Source: Octopus vulgaris
Taxonomy: Eukaryota
Assembly: GCA_951406725.2 (NCBI GenBank)
Contig: OX597833.1
Location: 40,920,001 to 40,984,000, forward strand
DNA: 64,000 nucleotides
Direction of reading: 5' to 3'
Shown here: positions 27,625 to 40,506 of the stretch, piece after piece
How positions within the stretch are numbered: position 1 is the stretch's first letter
Layout: each line of letters starts with the position of its first letter
The notes under the pieces: model-generated
Told to the model about the DNA's origin: nothing
The model's input: only the letters and a program-made list of their open reading frames with translations
Database searches by the model: none
Position numbers and translations under genes: made by a program

Positions 27625-27860
27625 TATCTTTTACTTGTTTCAATCACTAACTAGACCGCGGTTATGCTGGGGCATTCACCTTCAACTATTTTAGCCGTAC
27701 GAATCGATACCAGTACCTGTGTTTTTTTGGGGTTTTTTTTTTTACAAAGCGTGGTACTTATTCTTTCGGTTTCTTTCAGCTGAACCGTTAAGTTACAGGG
27801 ACGTAAGCACACTAACACCGACTGTCAAGCAGTGGTGGGAGACAGACACAGACACGAAGT
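27625..27860 (-). mobile_element. SINE B 3' half, diverged
   Basis: ttttacttgtttca...gaaccgttaagttacagggacgtaa...tgtcaagcagtggtggg. Confidence 0.75.
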
Positions 27861-28182
27861 TATACCGTACTCATACACACATTGTGCGCGCACACATACA
27901 TACACTATACACAAATACATGCATGGACGCACGCGGACACACACGTATATATATATATATATATATATATACTCAAACGTGGACATATATTCAGACGTGC
28001 ATACGTATGTCTGACAGACAGATATATATATACATACATACATATATATATATGCATATAAGCACACACACACACATATGTATATATGTCCATATGAATA
28101 TATCTGTATATTATTATATTAATTTTCCTGGCTTCTTTTTTCCGAACATTTGAAGCAACAGAATCCAAGAAATGTGTGTGCA

Positions 28183-28291
<109 letters not shown>

Positions 28292-28439
28292 TGAAATTTA
28301 GAAAGGCCTTGTGCATGCAGATGCAGAAAGGTTGTAATGATGTGTCACATGATCCAGTTGTCCACTAGACCTTCTTCAGAGATATATTTGGTGATATAGT
28401 ATATAACGAAATTGTTGTATACAGTGCTCAGGTGCACTA

Positions 28440-29190
28440 CAGCTACAAAGAAAGTAAAAAAAAATGTGGCATCAGGTGTACTGTTGACGAATTTCAGGAC
28501 AGCTAACAACTGATGCAGGTGGTTTATTCCGTGCTTCAGCAATTCTAAGCGTGAAAAAATGTTTCTGAAAATCATGGGTTTCTGTGTTGTTTTTTGATTT
28601 TGTAAGCATGTCCACAAGTGTTAAACATATGGAATACGAAAAGGTGCCCAAGGTCGTTGGTGGAAAGATGGTGGATAATCTTGTGGGTGTCTGCCAAGTC
28701 AGTTGCCAGACGTCTGAGCTTTAATATGTCCATGCCCATGGAAGCAAGACGTTCAGAATATGGTAGATGCTCGACGACGGACATTCGTTGGTTGCACGTT
28801 TCTAAACAGTTTTCTGGAGATTGATACGCTGAACAAGATAGAAGTTCCAGACTGGTGATGAAAACTCTAAGTGTGGACTTACCATAATTATATACAACTT
28901 TAAATATATAGCTGGAGAGCCGCTGACAAAGGTCTTACTGGGTGATGTTAAGACCCTCAGCCTTCTTGACAATCTTAGAGATGATGTGGTTTGTCCAACG
29001 TAGAGTGCTGTTGACAATAATACCCAGGTCACGTTCACTAGCAGACTTCTTAAGCTTGGTGTTGTTGAGAGAGTATATAAAAGCTGGGTTTTTCTTCTCA
29101 AAGTGCTTGGGGACACACTTGTCCACAGCTAGCTTGAGTTGCCAGTCAGTAATCCATTGTTACATAGTGTCCAGGTCGGATTGCAGGTAA
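28440..29190 (-). pseudogene. CR1-clade LINE, RT C-terminus
   Basis: LQSDLD...WQLKLAVDKC...SERDLGII...VSPHLEFSSPVWN...LPYSERL...LKLRRL..DL...TCGHAYKI. Confidence 0.85.
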
Positions 29191-29339
29191 GATCTATAGT
29201 GAAGTGTTTAGAGTCCTGATGCAGTGGAAGAGAGGTGAAGGGAATTAATAACGGTGACTATGGACAAATAGTGCAGAATAGAAGGATAAAATTTTGCAAG
29301 GTGAACGTCACTTGCCACTGTGAAAAAGAAGAGCACTCT

Positions 29340-29720
29340 AAAAATAAGCGAAGGACTTGGTCGGTCTCAGCTGAACTTGCCGGCAAATATCATTTTCCAG
29401 TTTTTACCAAAAAAAGACTATACTTCATTATGTGTTGCCAGAAAAGGAAAATTGGAAAAAATATAGTAGATTTGATAGTCTTCTGTGACGCAAACAACAG
29501 CGATATATTTGACCGGAAAGACAGATTATGCAGTGCGCTCGTTGAACTCTGCGAAAATAATGGATGGGAGGAAACTTACTTTCTTGTGGAGATACGAATC
29601 TGGGGATTTACTGGAGCAAGTGTTTCTGCACTGTTCAAGAGCCTTGGCCTAACTACGAAGGAAAGAAAAACACTTTTAAAGAAAAATGTCAAAAGCTGAA
29701 GAGGGATCAAGCCACTACAT
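29340..29720 (+). pseudogene. RLE-type (HERO-like) non-LTR C-terminal relic
   Basis: IVDLIVFCD...DRK...LVELCENNGW...VEIRIWGF...LFKSLG resembles HERO-type IELTVPWE...ERK..KY..L...C...GW...VEVG.RGF. Confidence 0.6.
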
Positions 29721-29943
29721 CTAATTTAAATAGTACTGGAGTTTTGTTTCCTATATTGGTGGGTAGCACGGGTAGCTATTGTACCGCGGTGGAAGGGTAA
29801 ACATATATCGACGGAGTTATTTCATCGGTGCATGAAAGAAATATCGACCATTGTTTTCGGAGACGAAGTACAGCAGCACTCTCAGCACGTAAGTGTTTAC
29901 CTAAAGTGTGTGCGCGAGTAATGAGTATATATACATTCATATA

Positions 29944-29994
<51 letters not shown>

Positions 29995-30065
29995 TAACAC
30001 AAATACATACACATATATATGTATATATGCATGCGTACACACTTATATATACACTCAAATGATCA

Positions 30066-30286
30066 TGGCCAGGGAACAGAAGAAAGAAGGAGAAAGAAGA
30101 CATGCACTCAACACCAGAGCTGAAGACACCTCCGAAAAGGGAGGGGGGTCACCACGTCAAAACGGTAGAGGAGTAGGGGTCGAAACCAGTCGTGGTTCCT
30201 CCTGATGATGCCTTGAGCTATCTGGATCCTATAAAGGAGCTGTTGTGGTAGTAAGCCACGAAACATGGTTGAAATTCTTCCATTCC
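30066..30286 (+). mobile_element. Penelope-type non-coding fragment with two degenerate hammerhead-like cores
   Basis: CTGAAGA(30120)...CGAAACCAGTC(30181) and CTGATGA(30202)...CGAAACATGGTT(30259); flanked by a ~130-140-bp direct duplication. Confidence 0.5.
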
Positions 30287-30296
30287 TATATATACA

Positions 30297-30345
<49 letters not shown>

Positions 30346-31110
30346 TAACACAAACACACACACATATATGTATATATGCATGCGCGCACACCTGTATATA
30401 CATTCAAGTGATCACAACTTGGAAGCAACGGATTGGAATAAATAAAGCAAATAAGAAGCCCTTGTGTAATCTGTTTGTTAAGATAAGTTACAATTAATAT
30501 AAGAGCATATTATTATTGGGCGATAATCACTGTAGATATATCATCCTATCACTTGGGAGGAGTCTGAGAAAAGAAAATAGAATGAGAAAAAAATTTGGTC
30601 AGTGAGGCAGGCCTAAATAAGATTTGCTCTGCCTACGACATTTTTTCAAGTCTTGCAAGCCACCCGTTTGCATTTCCCGATTGAAACTAATTCACTTCAT
30701 TTAGCTTATCAGGCTTAAACACTTATTTATTTGAAGGATGTGGTGAAAGAGAAAGCAATATAGAACTATAGCATAAATGCACTGCTAACAGACTTAATAC
30801 AGTGAGCTGAGATATTTTAATTAAAATATCACCCGTGATGATATTAAAATATCACCCGTAATCATTAGCCTCACTGTGGGGATTATTTTAATTAATTAAA
30901 ATGTCTTAATTTACAATATAACTCTCGTTCCCACCGACTTTACTATTTGTTTTTTGTGCACCAAAACTCTCTGAGTAATTTTCACATTCTCCCTAGTTAT
31001 TATATTATAACCTTGCTTGGTGTTGCTTAGAACCAGCCTCGATCGAACAGCCTTGTGGTCAAAAGCATTCGTCAGTGGTCATCACGTCATTTTAAGATTC
31101 TATAGGACTA

Positions 31111-31521
31111 CTCTCTTTACTCTTTACTCTTTTACTTGTTTCAGTCATTTGACTGCGGCCATGCTGGAGCACCGCCTTTAGTCGAGCAAATCGACCCCGG
31201 GACTTATTCTTTGTAAGCCCAGTACTTATTCTATCGGTCTCTTTTGCCGAACCGCTAAGTGACGGGGACGTAAACACACCAGCATCGGTTGTCAAGCAAT
31301 GCTAGGGGGGACAAACACACACACACATATATACATATATATACATATATACGACAGGCTTCTTTCAGTTTCCGTCTACCAAATCCACTCACAAGGCATT
31401 GGTCGGCCCGGGGCTATAGCAGAAGACACTTGCCCAAGATGCCACGCATTGGGACTGAACCCGGAACCATGTGGTTAGTAAGCAAGCTACTTACCACACA
31501 GCTACTCCTGCGCCTGCGCCT
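31111..31521 (-). mobile_element. SINE B, full length (CORE-like, internal TA/CA tract)
   Basis: Near-identical in reverse to 38737-39133; TCTTGGGCAAGT CORE-like motif; AAAGAGT-repeat tail. Confidence 0.92.
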
Positions 31522-31904
31522 ACATTATTTAATATACCTTTTATCTAATACGAGGTCATTTGGGGGAAATTTACCTGCTTATTCTAGTAGATTGTGTTAT
31601 CTTCTTCAGTAGAGTGGCTGACAAAAATGGTTTGTGATATTCAGCAACGTCCCCTTACGCTGTGAGTTCAAATACAAGAAATATTGATTTTTAATTTGCA
31701 TCTTTTCGAGGCTCGATCAGACTTCTTGTCCTAAACATGTGACTTTGTGCTAAATGTCAAAACATTCGTTGATGTATTTAGTTATAACGTCCCTAATTTT
31801 CTTCTGATTCTAAATTCCTCTGGAGTCTATAAAATAAGTACTATGCTGTACACGGGTTAGGGTTAGGGATAGTTGTGATGTCTGTCTTAATGGTAGCGGT
31901 AGTA

Positions 31905-32205
31905 TGGAGTTGGTGGTGTTGTTGTTGTTCGTGGTGGTGGTGGTGGTGGTGGTGGTGGTGGTGGTGGTGGTGGTGGTTGTGGTGGTGGTGGTGGTGGTGG
32001 TGGTGGTGATTGTGGTGGCGGTGGTGGTGGTTGTGGTGCTGGTGCTGGTGCTGGTGGCGGTGGTGGTGGTGGTGGTGGTGGTGATGAGCGTAAAAGTGAT
32101 GGCTGGTGGTGGCGCTGCCCGTCGCTTGTGATAACGTTACTCTTGGTACTGATAATCTGAATGATGATGACGACGACGACGATGATGATGATGATGATGA
32201 TGACA
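31905..32205. repeat. (GGT)n and (GAT)n tracts
   Basis: Direct reading. Confidence 0.93.
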
Positions 32206-32489
32206 GTGACAATGGACCAAAACTTACGGCCCTGCTGTGATACCACGGAAAGAGTTGGGAAAACGGTCGTAAAAGGAATGACAGCTGTGTCACAGTTTTG
32301 ATCCCTTATTTTTCAGTTGACAGGGTTCTTTAGTTTAACTGAGTGACCGTTCACGACATTTAGCACTATACTCCCTTGAGACATCAAAATCAGGGGTCAA
32401 ACAAGTGAAATTTTATCGTTTTTTTCATTTTATTTTTGAAAGCTTATCAAGTATTTTCGTTGAAAATAATTTGTGTATATTTCTCAGCG

Positions 32490-32583
32490 GGTGCATATAT
32501 ATGTATGTTTGTGCATTTGTGTATGTATATGTATGTAAGTGTATGTATGCATGTATATGTATGTATGTATGTATGTATGCATG

Positions 32584-32615
<32 letters not shown>

Positions 32616-32790
32616 TGTATGTATGTATGTATTTATGTATGTACGTATGTATGTATGTATGTATGTATGTATGTATGCATTTATGTATGTATGTATGTAT
32701 GTATGCATGCATGTATGTATGTATGTATGTATGTATGCATGTACGTATGTATGTATGTATGTATGTATGTACGCATGCATGTATGTATTA
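32490..32790. repeat. (TATG)n microsatellite
   Basis: Direct reading. Confidence 0.95.
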
Positions 32791-33023
32791 TCGTTTGCCA
32801 ATAAGTTTGTGTGCGTGTATATATGTATCTGATTGTGTGTATATGTATGTTAATATATATATAATATATTAATACAATATATGCATATAATGATAACATA
32901 TAAATGAATAAATATATGTATATACGTGCATATATATGTATTTGTATATAAATTTATACTATGTGGACATATATGTGTGCATGTGTATATATTTACGTAT
33001 GTATATATATATGTGTGTGTGTG

Positions 33024-33200
33024 TTGACAACCGATGCTGGTGTGTTTACGTCCCCGTAACTTAGCGGTTCGGCAAAAGAGAATGATAGAACAAGTACTAG
33101 GCTTACAAAGAATAAGTCATGGGATCGATTTGCACGACTACATGTGGTGCTCCAGCATGGCCGCAGTCAAATGACTGAAGCAAGTAAAAGAATAAAAGAA
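33024..33200 (+). mobile_element. SINE B 3' half
   Basis: ttgacaaccgatgctggtgtgtttacgtcccc...gactgaagcaagtaaaagaataaaagaa. Confidence 0.85.
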
Positions 33201-33610
33201 TATATATATATATATATATATATGTGCGTATGTGTCTGAGGTTGTCTGTGTATGTATATATATAACATATATATAGAGAGAGGGGTGAAGTTGAATGTAT
33301 GTATGTATGTTTGTACCGCGACATGTGTGTAGAATGCTGGTTAATCGTAAACTCGATATTATTAATGTACGTTAAATATATCGGGTCATTTATTGCCCTT
33401 GCTAGTAACCCCTAAAGAACGAAAGAATTAATTAAAATCTAGACACTTGAAAAAATTCTGTTAGTGATATACTTAAATTAAATGGGCAACTGGACGTTGA
33501 AATTAAATTCGTTGGTGGTTATTCAGTACTTACTATAGTCTGTTATACCATCAAGACTTAGACCATGCTGGAGAGCGGCTTGATAATGTATATATTCGAA
33601 TCCGTACGAG

Positions 33611-33651
<41 letters not shown>

Positions 33652-33653
<2 letters not shown>

Positions 33654-33871
33654 GGTGGCGCGTGGCTTAATGGTTAGAGTGTCAGCATCATGATTGTGAT
33701 TTCGATTCCTGGACCGGGCGACGCGTTGTGTTCTTGAACAAAACACTTCATTTCACGTTGCTCCAGTTCACTCAGCTGGCAAAAAAGAGTAACGCTGCGA
33801 TGGACTGGCATCCCGTCACTGAAACCGGGAAACCGGGCCCATGAGCCTGGCTAGGCTTTAAAAGGGCGCAT
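33652..33871 (+). mobile_element. SINE D, tail T4
   Basis: A-box tggcttaatgg, B-box ttcgattcc, core gttgtgttcttga...cagctggc, tail gcgatggactggc...catgagcctggctaggc. Confidence 0.88.
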
Positions 33872-33872
33872 T

Positions 33873-33919
<47 letters not shown>

Positions 33920-33921
<2 letters not shown>

Positions 33922-34097
33922 CCACTACACATTCTTTATTTTCTCTCCTTGTTTCTTTCTGTGTTCCTTTCTGTTGAAGAGCGTAGGCTCCAAACGTTAA
34001 AGACTTTTTCACTTCCCGAGCTTTATACTAATACATCTGTTTTTTTTTGTCTACACCACTTGTCTTCGTCTTTTGCTTTTTTGTGAATTCTCCCAAT
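33920..34097 (+). mobile_element. ~175-bp microsatellite-embedded repeat (second copy at 47657-47830)
   Basis: Shared ttctctccttgtttc...ctgt.gaagagcgtaggctc.aaacgt.aaagactttt...tacaccac.tgtcttcgtc. Confidence 0.8.
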
Positions 34098-34580
34098 ATA
34101 TATATATGTGTGTGTGTGTGTATGGTGACGGTTGTTTATCCCCAACTACCGCTTGACAACTTGTATTGGTGTGTTTACGTACCCATGACTGAGAGTTTTG
34201 ACAAAAGTGACGATAGAGTATTTGCTAGGCTTTAAAAAAATAGTTGATTTACTCAACTAAAAATTCTTCACGGCGGTGCCCCAGAATGGCCGTAGTCATG
34301 CGATCACTTCAATACCTGACGCTTAGTACACAGTGCACTTGTTCAGGCAACGTCGATTTGATGGCTGGAGTGAGGTAATGTACAACACATACATTTGATC
34401 ACTATAAACAAATGATTTATAAAGGTCATTCAGCAAAAACTGAACACTCAAGTCGTTTTCGACGGGAGATTCCATTTTACTGTGTGTATATATATGTGCG
34501 TATATATCATTACATAAGCGCACAAAAACCTACATACGCATATATTTATTCATTTATCTATAGATAGATAGATAGATATG

Positions 34581-35779
34581 TTTCTTTATTAGCCACACAG
34601 GGCTGCACACAGATAGAACAAATTACAAGGTAGAGCTTTTCTTTTGAAGGTTTAAAAAAAAAAAAAAAAAAAAAAGGAAGGGGGAGTTTCGATCAAATGG
34701 GATCGTAAAAGGAGAGAAAGAGGACAAAAAGGGGGTTTAAAAAAAGGGGGAGAGGAAAAAAAAAAAAAATTTGATCAATAGGGATCGTTATCACAGAAAT
34801 GTCAATATGAAGTGTAAAGGGGAGGACAGGTGAGGTTTACCCGTGGAAAGAAAAGCCTACGGAAAAGACCACGGTAACCTCGGTCAATGGAGTCACATGT
34901 TATATTTCTTTTTTTTTTTTTTTTTTGAAAATAAGCAACTCTCTGTTTTCAATTTCTGGGTTCATAGGATCATGCTCAAGGTGGCTTCGTCATTCATACG
35001 TGCCATTCTTGCTAAATTCACCCATCTTTTTTAAAACATTCGCTAGACAAAACTTGCCTCTCTACTCTCACTTTCCTTTTCAAATGGTACTTGAAGAAGT
35101 TGATGAGAGATTGACCAGAGAGGAAAGTGTTTGTCTCCAATCCTTTCAGACGCGTCCACCAGATACATTCTTTCGCCATAGCCACAAGGATGATGAAAAT
35201 AGCTCTTCCTTCCCGTTTGAAGGAGGAGGCGTAACAATATTAACGATAGACTCAGCTGATAAACCGACTCGTCCCACACGTGACAGCAGTTGTTCGACAC
35301 AAGCCCACAGGTCGGAAATTGTTGGACACTGCACGAGTGCGTGCAGAACGGTTTCGTCGCTCTGACCGCATCTCGGGCAGGTCGGCCCCGTGTTTCTCGA
35401 GCCGTGTCTGTAGAGCTTATCCCGAACGGGTAGCGCTTCTCGGTAGCACTGCCAGGCCAGGGATCTCTGGAAGTTGTCCATGGGCCCTGGCCCGAAAGTC
35501 GTCCTGAACAGGCGGGTCAGGTACTCCTCGTCGACGTCCAGGTTCGCCCCGAGCTCGTCGTCGTACCTCCCCTCCACTAAACCCCTATAGAATGCTTTGG
35601 TTGTGTTGAAGTCACTCAAGGTCGACCCAGGACGGCAGAGTTGCTTGAGAGCAACGCGACACTCGCGGTGCCATTCGCCCTTCTTCGCCCTCTTTTTGAT
35701 CCACGACTGCAGTTCGGTCATGGAGACGAGCTGCGGGAAAGCGTGCCTCACAAACGGCGACCACACCTGTTCACCGTCG
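34581..35779 (-). mobile_element. 5'-truncated L1/Tx1-like LINE (ORF2 C-terminal CCHC zinc knuckle plus 3' UTR)
   Basis: ORF 35146-35766 contains WQCYREALPVRDKL...CPRCGQSDETVLHALVQC...W (zf-RVT-like CX2CX8HX4C); 3' end ...ggctaataaagaaa; tctatagatagatagatagata present on both sides. Confidence 0.88.
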
Positions 35780-35782
35780 TCT

Positions 35783-35884
<102 letters not shown>

Positions 35885-36254
35885 CAACTACTACATTCTG
35901 CTTCTATACTGAGTTCTTCTCTGCTCCTTACCCTGAATGCAGTTTCTTAATCCGGCTCTTGTTCTGTTATTCTGACGAAGCTGCTGCATGCCGTGAAAAT
36001 CTTGACTAAGACTTCCACTAGATCCGTTTAATAAACTGTGCATGTGAATGTACACACACACACACACACACACACAAGGTATATGATGACACTTAATTAT
36101 CAGTATATTACTCTATTCAAATCATTTAGAAGTTTTTGTTTTCTTTTTCTTTCAGATCCCCAGTGGCAGATAAAATACTAACACAGGAAAAACACGCGCT
36201 ATCTGTGTTCCCATATGTGCGTAACAGTGATTTAGAAATTGTCATTTTTCTGAA

Positions 36255-36462
36255 TATTGATTTCAAATTTTGGCACAAGGCCAGCAATTTCCGGGGAGGA
36301 TTCAATCAATTAAATCGATCCCAGTACTTGACGGGTACTCATTTTATCAATCCCGAACGGATGAAACACAAAGTCGACCCCAGTTTGAACATTGAACGTA
36401 AAGACGAACGAAATACCACTAAGCGTTTCGCCCAGCATGCAGCAAACGATCTTCCGCCCTCA
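36255..36462 (-). mobile_element. SINE A, diverged
   Basis: aaattttggcacaaggccagc...cgaacggatgaaa...gtcgacc...ttcgccc. Confidence 0.75.
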
Positions 36463-36489
36463 ACTTTCTAATTATTGCAAGATTTTTTT

Positions 36490-37482
36490 GTACACAAAGT
36501 TCAGATGGAAATTGGAAGCTCCTGGCGGGAATGTTTCAGTTGCGTCGTAGAACAAAAACATTTTAAACGTTCGGACTCAACAAGAACGATGATGATCCAG
36601 GAAAATCAATGAACTTCATGTCGTCAAAGAACTTCAGGTCAGACTCTCAGAACTGTGGTGCTCGAAGACTTTCGATGCAGATCGTGTGTATTGGAAACAG
36701 GCCAATTCATGCCTGCAAGGACACAAGAATGCCGTTTGATCCATACCAAGTGGTTACTTCTTCTTTCGCCCTTTTCAAGCCTAGCCAGGCTCATGGACCC
36801 GGTTTCCCGGTTTCTATGGCGTAGGTGTTCCACCTAGCTGGACGGGACGCCAGTCCATTGCAGCGTTACTCAAAAAACAGGAAGAGAGACTGAGAGAAAG
36901 TTGTGGCGAAAGAGTACAACAGGGGTCGCCACCACGCTCTGCTGGAGATTCGTGCAGCTTTTAGGTGTTTCGGCTCAATAAACACACACAACGGCCGGTC
37001 TGGGAATCGAAACTGCGATCCACCGACCGCGAGTCCGCTGCCCTAACCACTGGGCCATTGCACCTCCACGAATGGTTACTTAACAAAGATTTTTAAAAAA
37101 AAACAGGAACGCGGCATGCTGTAGTTCGTCCCTGATGAGAAAACCCTCGATCACAAGAAATGATAGGTGGCGCCACTGGAGTGATGCAGACAAAGGTTCA
37201 AGCAGCTGTGAAGTTTTAGGAGTAGTGAGTAACAAACGTCATACCATGCCATCTCACATATTTGCACAGGGTCTCAGAATTAAAGCTGCTGGGTACAGTG
37301 AGGTACTGGAAACTGCTGCTAAACCCTAAATGTGTGAAGTATGCAGTAGAACGCCATATGTGTTTCAAAAGGACTCAGTACCCGCTCACAAAGCCCACGT
37401 AATCCAAGTATGGATATAAGACAATCTTTATGATCGTGTGACACTAAATTTGTGGAATCCAAACTTGCTAGATTTAAATGCT
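36490..37482 (+). pseudogene. maT/DD37D transposase relic interrupted by SINE C
   Basis: VVLEDFRCRSCVLETGQFM...RLIHTKWL|LNK...DEK...NDRW...VLGVVSN...YVFQKDSVPAHKA...LWNPNLLDLN; spacing from the second D fits 37 residues to an inferred PLD that is itself missing. Confidence 0.82.
36760..37069 (-). mobile_element. SINE family C, tail T4, 9-bp TSD
   Basis: C head in reverse; tail equals that of 33787-33870; TSD tggttactt at 36751-36759 and 37073-37081. Confidence 0.9.
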
Positions 37483-37943
37483 AAGGGATTTAAATTTGGC
37501 AAGTTTGGTTGTTGCTTGATAACATTTGTTTTATTAAATTACCGTACATACATACATACATACATACATACATACATACATACATACATACATACATACA
37601 TGTTCCCTTTTTTATATATATTTATAAATAAAAATGGTCGAATATTACCGTAAAGGATTACTCAACACTCTTCATAGTATGCTATTTTTATTACATTTTT
37701 GCATGAAAAGATTGGCAGTTACTTCGAAGTTGAGGTTTCAGTTCCTAGCGTTCAGCAGACATTCTGATGAATCGAAACTTTGAAATTACAGTCAATCACT
37801 TCATATATGCACATACATGTATGTGTGTGCGTGCGTGTGTCTGTATGTCTGTATGTATGTATGTATGTACGTATGTATACGTGCATATTTGTATGTTATG
37901 TTTTATGCACAAAGAAACCGATAGAATAAGTACTAGGCTTGTA

Positions 37944-38001
<58 letters not shown>

Positions 38002-38219
38002 CGTGCGTGTTATTTAAAACTATTTCATTCGGTTCTGTGCTACTTCAGACTTCTGAAAGCTTAAAGCAATCGGGACCCCGTCAGGAGCCTGCGAAACTTG
38101 AAGTAGCACAGAACCGTATCAAACTGTCTTGAATAATACTTGTAACTCCTACTAAATGTGTTGAGTACCCTTTTCTTTCGTTTGTCCACTCACTCGTATA
38201 TACACATATATATATATTA

Positions 38220-38282
38220 TCAAAGCCTTGTGAGTGGATTTGGAAACTGAAAGAAGCTCGTCACACATATACATATATATAT

Positions 38283-38332
<50 letters not shown>

Positions 38333-38545
38333 ATGTATGTATGTGTGTATGTGTGTGATTGTCCCCCTCCATCACTGCTTGACAACCGGTATCGGTGTGT
38401 TTATATCGCCGTAACTTAGCGGTTCGACAAAAGAGACGTGATAGAATAAATATTAGGCTTACAAAGAATAAGTCCTGAAGTTGATTTGTTCGATTAAAAC
38501 CCTTCAAGGCGGTGCTCTAGCATGGCCGCAGTCAAAAAAACTAAA
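38220..38545 (+). mobile_element. 5'-truncated SINE B
   Basis: caaagccttgtgagtggatttgg...cttagcggttcg...catggccgcagtc. Confidence 0.85.
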
Positions 38546-38736
38546 GAAATACATGTGTGCTGCGCGCGCCACCTATTTTAAAAATATGAAATGAAAAAGT
38601 GTAAGAGATTGTGACGAAATTGGAAAGTGCCGTTCCTTGCCAGACAATTTTAGGTTGAATTCTGTTTTACGCACGCCATAATCTTGGCGCAAATGTGGGA
38701 GTGTTCAAATAGACGTGTGCGTGAGAAATGTATATA

Positions 38737-38903
38737 GGCGCAGGAGTGGCTGTGTGGTAAGTAGCTTGCTAACCAACCACATGGTTCCGGGTTCAGTCCC
38801 ACTGCGTGGCATCTTGGGCAAGTGTCTTCTGCTATAGCCCCGGACCGACCAATGCCTTGTGAGTGGATTTGGTAGACGGAAACTGAAGCCTGTCGTATAT
38901 ATG

Positions 38904-38936
<33 letters not shown>

Positions 38937-39133
38937 TTGTCCCCCTAGCATTGCTTGACAACCGATGCTGGTGTGTTTACGTCCCCGTTACTTAGCTGTT
39001 TGGCAAAAGAGACCGATAGAATAAGTACTGGGCTTACAAAGAATAAGTCCCGGGGTCGATTTGCTCGACTAAAGGCGGTGCTCCAGCATGGCCGCAGTCA
39101 AATGACTGAAACAAGTAAAAGAGTAAAAGAGTA
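38737..39133 (+). mobile_element. SINE B, full length
   Basis: GGCGCAGGAGTGGCTGTGTGG A-box, GGTTCAGTCCC B-box, CORE-like TCTTGGGCAAGT, tail aagtaaaagagtaaaagagta. Confidence 0.92.
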
Positions 39134-39368
39134 ATCAGCCAGAATTGTGTGTTAGTAAACAGAATTATTTCCTTATGCATAAAGTTTAGTCGACTTTAGG
39201 TTGACCATATGTACTTTTCGATGGGTCTGAAATATATTTCCTGTCCTTTCCGAAAATACATCATTATTGCAATTTATGAGCACTATATGTTGGGTGGGGT
39301 GCAAGTGCACGCATTTGTGTGTGGGCAGGCCTGCGCGTGTATTTGTGTATGAATATACAGCCAGATAT

Positions 39369-39603
39369 TGAAGGCGGCGAGCTGGCAGAAACGTTAGCAC
39401 GCCGGGCGAAATACGTAGCCGTATTTCGTCTGCCGTTACGTTCTGAGTTCAAATTCCGCCGAGGTCGACTTTGCCTTTCATCCTTCCGGGGTCGATAAAT
39501 TAAGTACCAGTTACGCACTGGAGTCGATGTAATCGGCTTAATCCCTTTGTCTGTCCTTGTTTGTCTCCTCTGTGTTTAGCCCCTTGTGGGTAATAAACAA
39601 ATA
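39369..39603 (+). mobile_element. SINE A monomer, tail A1, 18-bp TSD
   Basis: TSD gaatatac(a/g)gccagatat at 39351-39368 and 39604-39621. Confidence 0.92.
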
Positions 39604-40138
39604 GAATATACGGCCAGATATCTTTATATTACTCGAAAACAAATGGCCAGTCATGACACAGATTGGTTTAAGTTTATCTGTATAACACTTTATTGTGAAC
39701 GGTCAATGGTGAAAGTTCGCTAACCTTATATAATGAGAGTTGTTTGCCATAAAAAATTAAGTATTAAAACAAAGTAAAAATTGAAGATTAAACTACGTAA
39801 TGAAATATTACAAATGCTAAAGCACTGAAGGAAATTTACAGTAATAAATATCTAAAGTATTAAAGTATTAAAAATAGAACGGATATAAGTAAGTCAAATA
39901 TGCAACGGGATTAAATACGCTAAGTATATAGGTTCACAACACATGCATACGAGTATGTATACGTGTGTATGTGTGTGTGTGTGTGCATGTGTCTATGTGT
40001 GCATGTACATGTATATAAACATATATATGTGTGTGCGTATATATGTGCTATATGTATATACACACGCTATATACATATACAGACACATATATGAACACAT
40101 ACTTTCATACAGGGATATATACATACCGATATACACAC

Positions 40139-40234
<96 letters not shown>

Positions 40235-40241
40235 ATGTATG

Positions 40242-40274
<33 letters not shown>

Positions 40275-40506
40275 GCAACCATTTTACGCTAATGATTTTA
40301 ATGTATAGTTATGTGTATGTAACCGAAAAGCCTTATGATCCTCTCAAAGTAAGTCGCGAATCACACTACCTCAAAATGTAAAGACTTTGCTGAAGTAACG
40401 AGCTAACAAACCTAAGAATTCAACCACCTATTTCAAAAATATGGAATGAAATGTGCAAGAGAGAGTGACGAAATTGGAAAGCGCCGTTCATTACCAGACG
40501 ATTTTA

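Noticed and set aside
31853-31868. TTAGGG repeats (also at 18415-18428)
   Set aside because: Only 2-3 units; not evidence of a telomere.
31887-32246. Signal-anchor plus polyproline (extensin-like) ORF
   Set aside because: Built from (GAT)n and (GGT)n microsatellites.
37132-37145. CTGATGAGAAAA as a hammerhead core
   Set aside because: No stem II; it encodes the DEK motif of the maT transposase.
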